A stretch of 32,875 nt of DNA from Candidatus Woesearchaeota archaeon (lineage in GTDB: Archaea; Nanobdellota; Nanobdellia; Woesearchaeales; DSVV01): the NCBI GenBank assembly GCA_016205905.1, contig JACQSP010000031.1:1-32875 (forward strand). The letters run 5' to 3'. The position numbers were made by a program, and so were the translations under genes. The number at the start of each line of letters is the position of its first letter. Position 1 is the first letter of the stretch. Below the pieces are notes generated by a model. That model saw only the letters and a list, made by a program, of their open reading frames with translations, had not been told where the DNA came from and did no database searches. Below are positions 9,621 to 17,905 of the stretch, piece after piece.

Positions 9621-9750
9621 TTCTCTTACACTCCATTTTTCAGAGATGCATTCTTTTTCATAAAAGTTTCTTTCTAAATCTTCATCTATCTCTAGTAGCT
9701 CCGTATAATGACTCCATGTTAATTGGTCAGACAGTGTCTGCAATTTCTGT
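9617..9750 (-). pseudogene. Fragment of a DUF1016 (YhcG-like) N-terminal domain gene
   Basis: QTLSDQLTWSHYTELLEIDEDLERNFYEKECISEKWSVREL. Bases 9630-9740 match 10744-10854 with 6 mismatches in 111 bp. Confidence 0.8.
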
Positions 9751-9757
9751 ACCAACT

Positions 9758-9908
9758 GTAAGTAAAAAGTCTGCCTCAAATTTGTCAGCTTTGCTTTTAT
9801 GTCTCATTAGACATGAAGGGTAGCGAAAACCTATGATAAACTTTGCTATTTTGCAGTGTATTATTTTGCGGGTTTTCGCCAAAGCTGACTGGCAGACTTT
9901 TTACTTAC
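9758..9908. mobile_element. Foldback/MITE-like element or structured ncRNA with a perfect 18-bp terminal inverted repeat
   Basis: GTAAGTAAAAAGTCTGCC (9758-9775) pairs with GGCAGACTTTTTACTTAC (9891-9908). Inner stems at 9784-9793/9880-9889 and 9823-9831/9871-9879; side hairpin 9794-9819. No TSD seen. Confidence 0.6.
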
Positions 9909-9949
9909 CTAGTTTTAAAGCAAAGCTACTTGCTCATAGGAAGCCCAAT

Positions 9950-10462
9950 TTACTCTTTCCCAATCAATTTCTGTACTTTTTGGTAAACATGGTCAGGATT
10001 ATTTAGATATTGAAGAGCAATCCCGCCACCTGCTTGAGATGAATAACCACCATAATTAGCAGCGCCCATATGTCCAGCTGTGATTAATCTAATTGTTCCA
10101 GTGCCAAAAAGCCTGTCCCATATACTTTTAGTAAGAACACAATCAGTTACCTTGTCATATTGCACAGTTCTTTGCACGATATTAAGAAAACCTTCAAAAA
10201 ACTCTGCTTTTTTCTGATAAAAAAGGTAACGCCTGGCATTCAGATTCATCAATCGGAAAAAGATTATTACAATTGCCAGAATCATTGCAGTAACAATTCC
10301 AAAAACAAAACTATAAGCAATTAATTTATTAAGAATTGTCCAAACAAAAAATCCAATAAATATTCCTGCTATTAAAGCGCCAACTATTACTGGAATTATT
10401 GCCACAGATATATTTGGCCTTAATATAAAAAGTGGGTTTTCTTTATTTGTCTCTTGTTTCAT
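9950..10462 (-). CDS. Membrane protein with bacterial PH (bPH_2/DUF304-like) domain
   Basis: Two N-terminal TM helices, then GFLNIVQRTVQYDKVTD...SIWDRLFGTGTIRLITAG. Confidence 0.8.
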   Translation of the reverse strand: MKQETNKENPLFILRPNISVAIIPVIVGALIAGIFIGFFVWTILNKLIAYSFVFGIVTAMILAIVIIFFRLMNLNARRYLFYQKKAEFFEGFLNIVQRTVQYDKVTDCVLTKSIWDRLFGTGTIRLITAGHMGAANYGGYSSQAGGGIALQYLNNPDHVYQKVQKLIGKE

Positions 10463-10518
10463 TTTGAATCACCAATGCATATAAATGCTTAATGATTTAT
10501 ATATTTTATTGTAAAATA

Positions 10519-10683
10519 GGCTCTGTCCCGAATGGAGGTTAGCAGCATAAAGGTCAAATCCTTTTCATATTACTTGTGAGCTGACAAGGGGGACTTGCCC
10601 CCTACGGGGAACGTCAGCATTAACCTTACACAGCGAGGATTTGAAGCTGCTAACCCGAACGAAGTGAGATTTGGGACAGAGCC
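10519..10683. mobile_element. MITE with 15-bp TIRs and 9-bp target-site duplication
   Basis: TIRs GGCTCTGTCCCGAAT (10519-10533) and ATTTGGGACAGAGCC (10669-10683) match at 14/15. Flanked by TGTAAAATA at 10510-10518 and 10684-10692. Nested internal stems; no ORF. Confidence 0.88.
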
Positions 10684-10728
10684 TGTAAAATATGTTGAAA
10701 TTTAAGCTATTTATTTTTTTAAGAATTA

Positions 10729-11163
10729 TCAACTAATTCCTTTACTCCATTTTTCAGAGATGCATTCTTTTTCATAAAAGTTTCTTTCTAAATCTTCATC
10801 TATCTCTAACAGTTCTACATAATGACTCCATGTTAATTGGTCAGACAGTGTCTGACTTTTCTGATATTTCAAATAAAATATTCTCATATATATGACATTG
10901 CTTCTGCTGAATCCCTTTCCATATCTATTCTTTAAATCAAATGCAATTCTTTCAAATAGCTTACTTCCATATCCTACATTTTCACCTACTCTTTGTTCAT
11001 ATTCAACAATCTGCTTGCCAATCTCCCAGTATGTGTTCACAAGAATTGTATTGACAGCATAAATTGCTTTTGTTCTGCCTAATTCTAATATTCTACCTAT
11101 TTTAAGGATTAAATGTTGATAATTTCTTTTGTCTGTTTTTTTGTGTAGTTTAATTAGTTTCAT
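10729..11163 (-). pseudogene. Truncated DUF1016 (YhcG-like) protein: N-terminal domain only, PD-(D/E)XK domain missing
   Basis: AVNTILVNTYWEIGKQIVEYEQ, YGSKL, YGKGFSRSNVIYMRIFY and LTWSHY. An apparent 2-nt loss at WS(V)KEL gives a stop. Confidence 0.8.
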
Positions 11164-11374
11164 TTTATTTATCCTATTGATTCTATTATTCTCCGTAAAT
11201 CTTCCGTAATTCTTATTTTTCCAGTTGAATTCAAATTTATGATAAAGTGAAACAGATTAATAAAAGTTCACACACAAAAACCGAAAATTTTCCGACGAGA
11301 AATGAATTATCCAATCGTCCAAAGAAGCAGGGTAAAATTAGGCAAATCTACTGTTTTATAGCAAATCATAACAA

Positions 11375-14062
11375 TCAAGACAGAGGTTGTGGTGTCTGCT
11401 TTATCTCAATCCCAATCTTAATATTCTCATTAATTATAATATCTGCATTGCCTTCAAACTCAATAGTATCTGCCTTGCATACAGCAAGAAGATCTTCTTT
11501 TACAAATTCTACTTCCTTTCTTGTTTTTTCGTCGCAGATGATAATTAATTTGCTTAACTCTGCTTTCAAACTTAGTTTTTTCTCTGACTTATATTTTCTG
11601 ACACCAGCAAGCACAGCTACAAATTTATCGCCAATCTCTTCTGCAAATTCATCAACAAATTGTTCATTATACACAGGCCATTGTGAAATATGAATGCTTT
11701 TAACACCTTCTTTTTTTTGCCAGTATAACTGATAAACAGCTTCGGTGATATGCGGCATTATTGGAGCGCTTAATTTCAGTAAATTAAGATACACATGATA
11801 CAAAGTAAACTGTGCAGAAACCCTTTTTTCCTTTCCGTTAGGGCCTCGCTTATCAGGATTATATAATCTGTCCTTGACAATCTCTAAATAATTATCGCAC
11901 AATTCATGCCAGAAGAATTTTTCTGTTTCAATCTTTGCTTTAGAGTATTCATAACATTCAAAACTTTCTGTAGAATGTTTGATTAATTTATGCAGTTTTG
12001 ATAATATCCATTTATCCATTAATTCTAGATTCATTAATTCCATATTTGTTAAGCCTAACATTCCACCATGTAGATGCTCATTATTGTAATCTTGAAGGTG
12101 CATGATTGCAAATTTAGAGGCATTCCATAATTTAGTTACCATTTTTTTGCCTGTAACCAAATCCTTCTCTTGGTATGGCAGATCTTCGCCGAGTTTCGAG
12201 CCAGCTGCCCAAAATCTTAAACAGTCTGCGCCATAAGCATCAAGCACAGGCCTTGGCTCAACAGTATTGCCTAAACTTTTTGACATCTTTTTACCGTGAG
12301 GATCAAGCGCCCATCCGCTTATCATTACATTCTTCCAAGGAAAAATATTATCTTGCAAATGAGCTTTTACAACTGTGTTAAAGAGCCAGAAAGTAATAAT
12401 ATCATGCGCTTGCGGCCTTAAACTCATAGGATACATTTGATTATACAATTTACTATAACAAGGCTTGCCTTTCATTAATTCAATTGCAAGATGTGGTGTT
12501 AAAGATGATGTTGCCCATGTATCAAGAACATCTTTTTCTGGAACAACCTCCTTAAAGCCGCATTTTGCACATACTGCTTCTTTTCCGTTCTTTCCAGCCG
12601 GCTTATCAACAATCGGATCAACAGGCAGTTGTTTCTCGTCTGCAACAATAACAGATTCGCATTTCTTGCAGTACCATACTGGGAAAGGGACACCAAAATG
12701 CCTCTGCCTTGAAATGCACCAATCCCATTGCAGGCCATCTATCCAATTATCAAATCTGTGCCTCATAAAATTAGGATACCAAGTAATTTCCTGCCCTCTT
12801 TTAAGGAATTCTTCTTTTAAGTCAAGATATTTAATAAACCACTGTTTAGAATTAAGTATCTCTACTTCTGTGCTGCATTTGTCGTGGACATTGACCATGT
12901 GTGTGATGGGCTTTTCCTTTATTAGCAAACCTGCTTCTTTGAGGTCATTGATAATTTGTTCTCTAGCTTCTTTAATTTTAAGGCCTTTATACCTTCCGGC
13001 AATTTCTGTCATAAACCCGCCTTGGGTGATAGAAATTTTCAACTGCAGATTATGCGCTTTATACCATTCAATATCTGTTTGATCTCCGAAAGTGCAGCAC
13101 ATAACAATACCTGTGCCTTTTTCAGGATTTGCCCTTTCATCTGCCAAGATAGAAACAGAATGATTGAATAAAGGCACTCTTGCTTTTTTGCCAATGAATT
13201 TAGTGTAACGCTCGTCAGAAGGATGCGCAAACACTCCAACACAGCTGCCCAACATTTCTGGCCTTGTTGTAGCAATGACTAAGTCTTCAGATGTTTTATT
13301 TTTGCCTTCGCCTGTTTCAACTTTAAATATAATATCAACGAATTTGCTTGGCTTTTCTTTGTCAACCAGCTCAACCTGTGCTATAGCAGTTTGGCAATGA
13401 GGACACCAAATTGTCGGAGCCTCTTTTTGATATTCCCGCCCTGCTTTATATAGGTCAATAAAACTTTTCTGCGACAATTTTCTGCAATGCTCATTGATTG
13501 TGCTGTAATATATATTCCAATCACAGCTCATGCCGATTCTTTTCCAGTCACTTATGAAATCCTCTCTTATTCTCTCAAGTGTTGCAAGGCATAATTTAAT
13601 ATACTCTGTTCTGTCCATGTGGCTGGAACGCACATTGTTTATCTTTTCAACCAGTCTGTCAGTCGGCAAGCCATTATCATCTGTACCAAACGGATAAAAC
13701 ACATTCTTGCCTAACATTCTTTGGAATCTTACAACAAAGTCCTGTTGAGAATAGCTGAAAGCATGTCCTATATGCATATTGCCAGAAATAGTTGGAGGTG
13801 GTGTGTCAATAGAATAAATTTCCCGTTTAGTATCATTAGTATCAAACTTATAGATGCCCTCTTTTAGCCAGAATTTCTGCCATTTAGGCTCATCTGTCTT
13901 GAAGTTGTAGTCTTGTGGTCCTTGTTTATTTTCATTGGTCCCACTGCTTTGTTCCCTTCTTTTTTTGTGGGGTTTATCTGCAGATATATCTGATTTATTT
14001 AATTTATTGTTTATACCTTCAACTGTTTTTGTGTCTTTAGTATTTGCCTTAGCTTTACCCAT
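11375..14062 (-). CDS. valS: Valine--tRNA ligase (archaeal type)
   Basis: SIDTPPPTISGNMHIGH, DWCISRQRHFGVPFPVW, DTWATSS and KMSKS. Start set at ATG 14062, 25 nt below a TATA box. Lys-rich N-terminal extension. Confidence 0.96.
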   Translation of the reverse strand: MGKAKANTKDTKTVEGINNKLNKSDISADKPHKKRREQSSGTNENKQGPQDYNFKTDEPKWQKFWLKEGIYKFDTNDTKREIYSIDTPPPTISGNMHIGHAFSYSQQDFVVRFQRMLGKNVFYPFGTDDNGLPTDRLVEKINNVRSSHMDRTEYIKLCLATLERIREDFISDWKRIGMSCDWNIYYSTINEHCRKLSQKSFIDLYKAGREYQKEAPTIWCPHCQTAIAQVELVDKEKPSKFVDIIFKVETGEGKNKTSEDLVIATTRPEMLGSCVGVFAHPSDERYTKFIGKKARVPLFNHSVSILADERANPEKGTGIVMCCTFGDQTDIEWYKAHNLQLKISITQGGFMTEIAGRYKGLKIKEAREQIINDLKEAGLLIKEKPITHMVNVHDKCSTEVEILNSKQWFIKYLDLKEEFLKRGQEITWYPNFMRHRFDNWIDGLQWDWCISRQRHFGVPFPVWYCKKCESVIVADEKQLPVDPIVDKPAGKNGKEAVCAKCGFKEVVPEKDVLDTWATSSLTPHLAIELMKGKPCYSKLYNQMYPMSLRPQAHDIITFWLFNTVVKAHLQDNIFPWKNVMISGWALDPHGKKMSKSLGNTVEPRPVLDAYGADCLRFWAAGSKLGEDLPYQEKDLVTGKKMVTKLWNASKFAIMHLQDYNNEHLHGGMLGLTNMELMNLELMDKWILSKLHKLIKHSTESFECYEYSKAKIETEKFFWHELCDNYLEIVKDRLYNPDKRGPNGKEKRVSAQFTLYHVYLNLLKLSAPIMPHITEAVYQLYWQKKEGVKSIHISQWPVYNEQFVDEFAEEIGDKFVAVLAGVRKYKSEKKLSLKAELSKLIIICDEKTRKEVEFVKEDLLAVCKADTIEFEGNADIIINENIKIGIEIKQTPQPLS

Positions 14063-14086
14063 AACTGTATAGAAATAAGGTAAATC

Positions 14087-14094
14087 TTTATAAA
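14087..14094 (-). promoter_or_regulatory. Archaeal TATA box for valS (probably a leaderless transcript)
   Basis: TTTATAAA about 25 nt upstream of ATG 14062, with no RBS in between. Confidence 0.55.
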
Positions 14095-14141
14095 TATTAT
14101 TGATTTTTAGTAAACGGCATAAATAATTGGACAATATTTGT

Positions 14142-14291
14142 GGTAAGCGGTATAAGATAAGAAGTAAGAGGATTAAATAGTTTAGTTAAAAGTTAGAGGT
14201 AGGAGGTAAGAGGGAACAACTACGATGATAACATCGTACCTCTTACCTCATACCTTTTACCTCCTACTATTAACTCCTCTTACCTTTTACA
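14142..14291. repeat. Solo heptamer-repeat hairpin (AGGTAAG/CTTACCT type)
   Basis: Purine-rich heptamers at 14142-14214, core TACGATG-ATAA-CATCGTA (14221-14238) and complementary heptamers 14239-14291. Inverted homolog of the core at 23071-23170. Confidence 0.85.
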
Positions 14292-14339
14292 TTTAATTTT
14301 TCAGCAAACTTAATAAATTCAGGCAATTTCTGCGTTTGT

Positions 14340-15572
14340 ATGAGCAGCATAAACAGGCAGGAATTTGTACCATGGATACGCAAATATCAGCCGACCTCAA
14401 CAAAAGATGTAGTTGGACAGGATACTTCTATTAATGCTATAAGAGATTTTATAAAAAATTTCAAGACCCAAAGAAAAAAAGCAATTCTTATCTATGGCTC
14501 AAGCGGTGTTGGCAAAACAAGTTCTGTATATGCATTGGCAAATGAGTTAAATTTAGAAATTATTGAAGTGAATGCAAGTGATTTCAGGAATGCACAGCTG
14601 ATAAATCAGACAATCGGCCAAGCATCGAAACAAATGAGTTTGTTCATGAAACAAAAGGTTATTCTTGTTGACGAGGTTGATGGATTGTCTGGAACACAGG
14701 ACAGAGGCGGTATTCAGGCGATAATAAGTATAATAGAAAGTACTTCATTTCCAATAATATGCACAGCAACTAATCCTTATGACCAGAAATTAAGTTCTTT
14801 GAGGAACAAATGCGAGGTTGTTGAATTCAGCTCATTAAATTATCTTACTGTTTACGAAAAGCTCAGTGATATCTGCAAAAAAGAAGGCATTAAATTTCAG
14901 GAGCATGATCTTAAGTCCCTTGCCAGAAGAGGAGATGGAGATTTAAGGGCTGCAATTAATGACCTTCAAGGCCTTGTGCAAAATAAGAAAGAACTGGAAA
15001 GAGCAGATCTTGAGCAATTAAGCGAACGAGATAAAAAAGAGAGTATAATAGATGCGCTTGTAAGAATATTTAAGATAAAAGATCCAAAAATAGCGTCAAT
15101 GGCATTTAACAATGTTGAAGAAGAAACAGACCAGTTATTTTTATGGGTTGACGAAAACCTGCCAAAAGAATATACTAAGCCAGATGACCTTGTAAGAGCA
15201 TATAATATGTTAAGCAGAGCAGATGTTTTCAGGGGTCGAATATCAAGATGGCAGCATTGGAGATTTTTAGTGTACATTAATGATCTGCTGACAGCAGGAA
15301 TTGCAGTATCAAAGGACGAGAAAAATAAAGAATTTGTAAGTTATTGCCAGACACAAAGGCTGTTAAAAATATGGAGAGCCAACATGAAATACCAGCAGAG
15401 AAAAGCTATTGCTGAGAAGATTGCTGCAAAAACACACACTTCTGTAAAGGATACTATAAAAAGTACATTTCCTTATGTTCAGTTCATGATGAAGAAAAGC
15501 AAAGGACACAGAAAGCAGATTACAGAGTTCTTTGAGCTTGATAAAGAAGAAGCTGAGTGGATGATTGGGTAG
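14340..15572 (+). CDS. rfcL: Replication factor C large subunit
   Basis: PWIRKYQP, Walker A GSSGVGKT, IIEVNASDFR, Walker B ILVDEVDG, GDLRAAINDLQ, WVDENLP and SRADVFRGR. Confidence 0.95.
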   Translation: MSSINRQEFVPWIRKYQPTSTKDVVGQDTSINAIRDFIKNFKTQRKKAILIYGSSGVGKTSSVYALANELNLEIIEVNASDFRNAQLINQTIGQASKQMSLFMKQKVILVDEVDGLSGTQDRGGIQAIISIIESTSFPIICTATNPYDQKLSSLRNKCEVVEFSSLNYLTVYEKLSDICKKEGIKFQEHDLKSLARRGDGDLRAAINDLQGLVQNKKELERADLEQLSERDKKESIIDALVRIFKIKDPKIASMAFNNVEEETDQLFLWVDENLPKEYTKPDDLVRAYNMLSRADVFRGRISRWQHWRFLVYINDLLTAGIAVSKDEKNKEFVSYCQTQRLLKIWRANMKYQQRKAIAEKIAAKTHTSVKDTIKSTFPYVQFMMKKSKGHRKQITEFFELDKEEAEWMIG

Positions 15573-15721
15573 AATGTTTCACACTTTTTCTTATGAAAGA
15601 TTATAGTAATTAACATTTCTTGGTTTTTTTGTAAAGTAGTTTACAAAAGGTTAATATTCTTGGTATGCTTAATAAGATTATAATGTTCAATTATCTTAAT
15701 TAAAATTAGAAAGGTGAAAAC

Positions 15722-16051
15722 ATGAGTGGAACAGAACTAGAAGATGGTTATTTTGGAGTTAGTGAAAGACGAGAAGGTAGACCATTAGTAGGAGAATTTA
15801 ATTATGACAGCGCTCCAGAACGTGGTGGAGAAGTTCCAACACAAGATTTAGTAGAGGTAGGTATTCTTCTTCATATCCAAAGAAGCGTTACACGAGAATA
15901 CACTCACAGAATGTATATAGCCGTAGATTTGTTAAATCAAGGAAAAATTGCACTTTCACAATTAAATTTGAGAACAGGTGAAGTAGATATGTTAGAGCAA
16001 AGAGTAACTGATAATTATTATTTGAATAATGTTGTCAGAAGCAGAGAATAG
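15722..16051 (+). CDS. Hypothetical protein; stand-alone copy of the domain at the N-terminus of 19444-20523
   Basis: AGGTGA RBS. Shares EDGYFG, ERGGEVPTQDL, VTREY(T/S)HRM and VDLLN with the 359-aa paralog. Confidence 0.75.
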   Translation: MSGTELEDGYFGVSERREGRPLVGEFNYDSAPERGGEVPTQDLVEVGILLHIQRSVTREYTHRMYIAVDLLNQGKIALSQLNLRTGEVDMLEQRVTDNYYLNNVVRSRE

Positions 16052-16082
16052 GTAATATTGATTCATAATAATTTTTAGAGTG

Positions 16083-16148
16083 TATTACTTAGAAAAGGCT
16101 GAATGTTGTAATCTTCAAATTGCAGATTGTTGGCAGGTTTTTTATTTG
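16083..16148 (+). repeat. Short dispersed repeat, inverted relative to 20518-20606
   Basis: TATTACTTAGAAAAGGC-TGAATGTTGTAATCTTCAAATTGCAG-ATTGTTGGC-AGGTTTTTTATTTG aligns in blocks with the reverse complement of 20518-20606. Confidence 0.65.
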
Positions 16149-16286
16149 TGTTCTTTATTATATTAAGACGTTTGTTGAAGATTCTCTGTGATGATTTGAG
16201 ATTTGGTGGAACACAACTAAAATGATAATACTCTTCATAACTAAAACTATAAGAGGTTTGTGGTCTGCTATACTATAAAATCGTGT

Positions 16287-16763
16287 TTATTCATAAGAGC
16301 GACCGACTACAGCCCATAGGTTTACTCGTGGTTGAACACACTTTTCTTGTAGTTGAACCCACTCTTCAAAGTCACCTGTTGTTAATTCTGATTTTTTTAT
16401 TTTATATGTTCTTAACCCATTAAAAGCACAATCTGGACCAGCTATTGTCCATCTTATCCTGCCTTTTACTCTAACAACAAAATTAATATCATCTTCTATT
16501 ATATCTTCAATTTCCAAATATCCAGCTGATTTTACAATCTCTTTATAATTCAACCCCTTCTCGTACCAGAAAAAATATGCAAAATCCATACCTGGCATTA
16601 ATCTATCAAGACTTAATGCTGTTCTTGTACTTCTTACTATTGCACATATATCTTTTCTGTGTGATGGAAACACAGGCTCATATGTTGTACCATAACCATA
16701 CCTTGGAGAAGGATTTAATCTTTCAACCAAATATCTTATTTCATCGACTTTCATTTCATTCAT
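16287..16763 (-). CDS. Hypothetical protein
   Basis: ORF of about 158 aa with a GGAGG RBS at 16774-16778; no recognisable motif. Confidence 0.6.
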   Translation of the reverse strand: MNEMKVDEIRYLVERLNPSPRYGYGTTYEPVFPSHRKDICAIVRSTRTALSLDRLMPGMDFAYFFWYEKGLNYKEIVKSAGYLEIEDIIEDDINFVVRVKGRIRWTIAGPDCAFNGLRTYKIKKSELTTGDFEEWVQLQEKCVQPRVNLWAVVGRSYE

Positions 16764-16802
16764 TTTAATCACGCCTCCAATAAGCTATATATGCGTTTGC
16801 TA

Positions 16803-16848
16803 TATTCGTGGACTTTAACTAAATAAATTCAGATATTAAAGTCCACCG
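16803..16848. repeat. Solo 11-17-11 palindrome homologous to the 4th unit of the 2556-2742 array
   Basis: TATTC-GTGGACTTTAA-N17-TTAAAGTCCAC-C versus TATTC-GCGGACTTTAA-N17-TTAAAGTCCGC-C. Confidence 0.85.
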
Positions 16849-16861
16849 CAATAATGTTCGA

Positions 16862-17902
16862 TTATTTTGCAATTTTAGTATATATCTCTTTCGCCTTATT
16901 AATAATATCTTCTCTATTTGTCACATCAATATTCATAATTAGCAAATTTAACGACGCTGTTAACTCTGGCCTAGCTGCACTAATCCTTAATTTATACAAA
17001 TGCTGCTCGTCTTGAGTATCAATTTTAGCTTTTGTTATGTTTTCTAAATAAAATGCACTTGCCAAACAATATGCGCTATTTGCAACTCTTATTGCATGCT
17101 GCTGCTCTTCTGAAAATTGTGAAAATGGTTTTGAATATTCAATAGGATTAAAATTTTTATCAGGATTTAATCCGTACATAAAATCAATTATTATAACTTC
17201 TTTTCCATAATGCTGCGACAAGGAAACTTCAAGTGATGGCTGTATTTGCTTAAAATATCGGCCATTTCCATATAAGAATAGATAATCCTCATCATAGCCG
17301 GTAAATAGAATTACATTACGATTATTGCTTATTACTTTGCGATTATTATTTAGATGTTCTTTTGCTGTATAAGTTATATGTTTCATTTTTTCATAATAGA
17401 CTATCAACTCAGCTATTGTACATTTTAATCTGCCTTGTTCACGAATATCAGTTACCATGCCATCTACAATTATCAAATCGCGAGAGGGGAATCTTTTATC
17501 ATCGTCTATTTTTCTAAGCAAATCTAAATCAAGTGTGTTTAAGAAAGACACCCATTCTCTTATTGAGTCATTATATTTTTCTTCATGTCTCGGCTGTTTT
17601 ATAGCTGCCTCATCAATCAGCCATAAATCTGTATGAGCCAAACCAGCAAATCTTTCAAAATCGTTATACATTTCAGGGAGCATACTTTCGAAATTAAGCG
17701 GTTTTGCGTCGATAACAGGTGCAACCATTGAAACCGGATATTTTTCCCTTAACATTGCATAAAGATGAAGTACAGGTGTATGCCTTTTGAAAGTTCTGCT
17801 TGGCCATGGATTAGAATTCTGGATAGTAATTGGAGCTCCATCCATTAAAATAGTTACATTTTCTATAATATTATTTATTGTGTTGCCAGCCATAAGAATC
17901 AT
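16862..17902 (-). CDS. Hypothetical protein, closely coupled to the DapF-family gene
   Basis: 346-aa ORF starting 4 nt after the DapF-family stop; no confident family. Confidence 0.7.
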   Translation of the reverse strand: MILMAGNTINNIIENVTILMDGAPITIQNSNPWPSRTFKRHTPVLHLYAMLREKYPVSMVAPVIDAKPLNFESMLPEMYNDFERFAGLAHTDLWLIDEAAIKQPRHEEKYNDSIREWVSFLNTLDLDLLRKIDDDKRFPSRDLIIVDGMVTDIREQGRLKCTIAELIVYYEKMKHITYTAKEHLNNNRKVISNNRNVILFTGYDEDYLFLYGNGRYFKQIQPSLEVSLSQHYGKEVIIIDFMYGLNPDKNFNPIEYSKPFSQFSEEQQHAIRVANSAYCLASAFYLENITKAKIDTQDEQHLYKLRISAARPELTASLNLLIMNIDVTNREDIINKAKEIYTKIAK

Positions 17903-17905
17903 GCC

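Noticed and set aside
9630..10854. DUF1016 repeat pair as a DGR template/variable repeat
   Set aside because: Mismatches are not confined to adenines in either copy on either strand, and no RT is present.
11247..13275. Antisense and alternate-frame ORFs over valS, and similar ones over the fusion gene, alaS, rfcL, dapF, glyS and the surface genes
   Set aside because: Shadow ORFs of well-supported genes, with no motifs or RBS.
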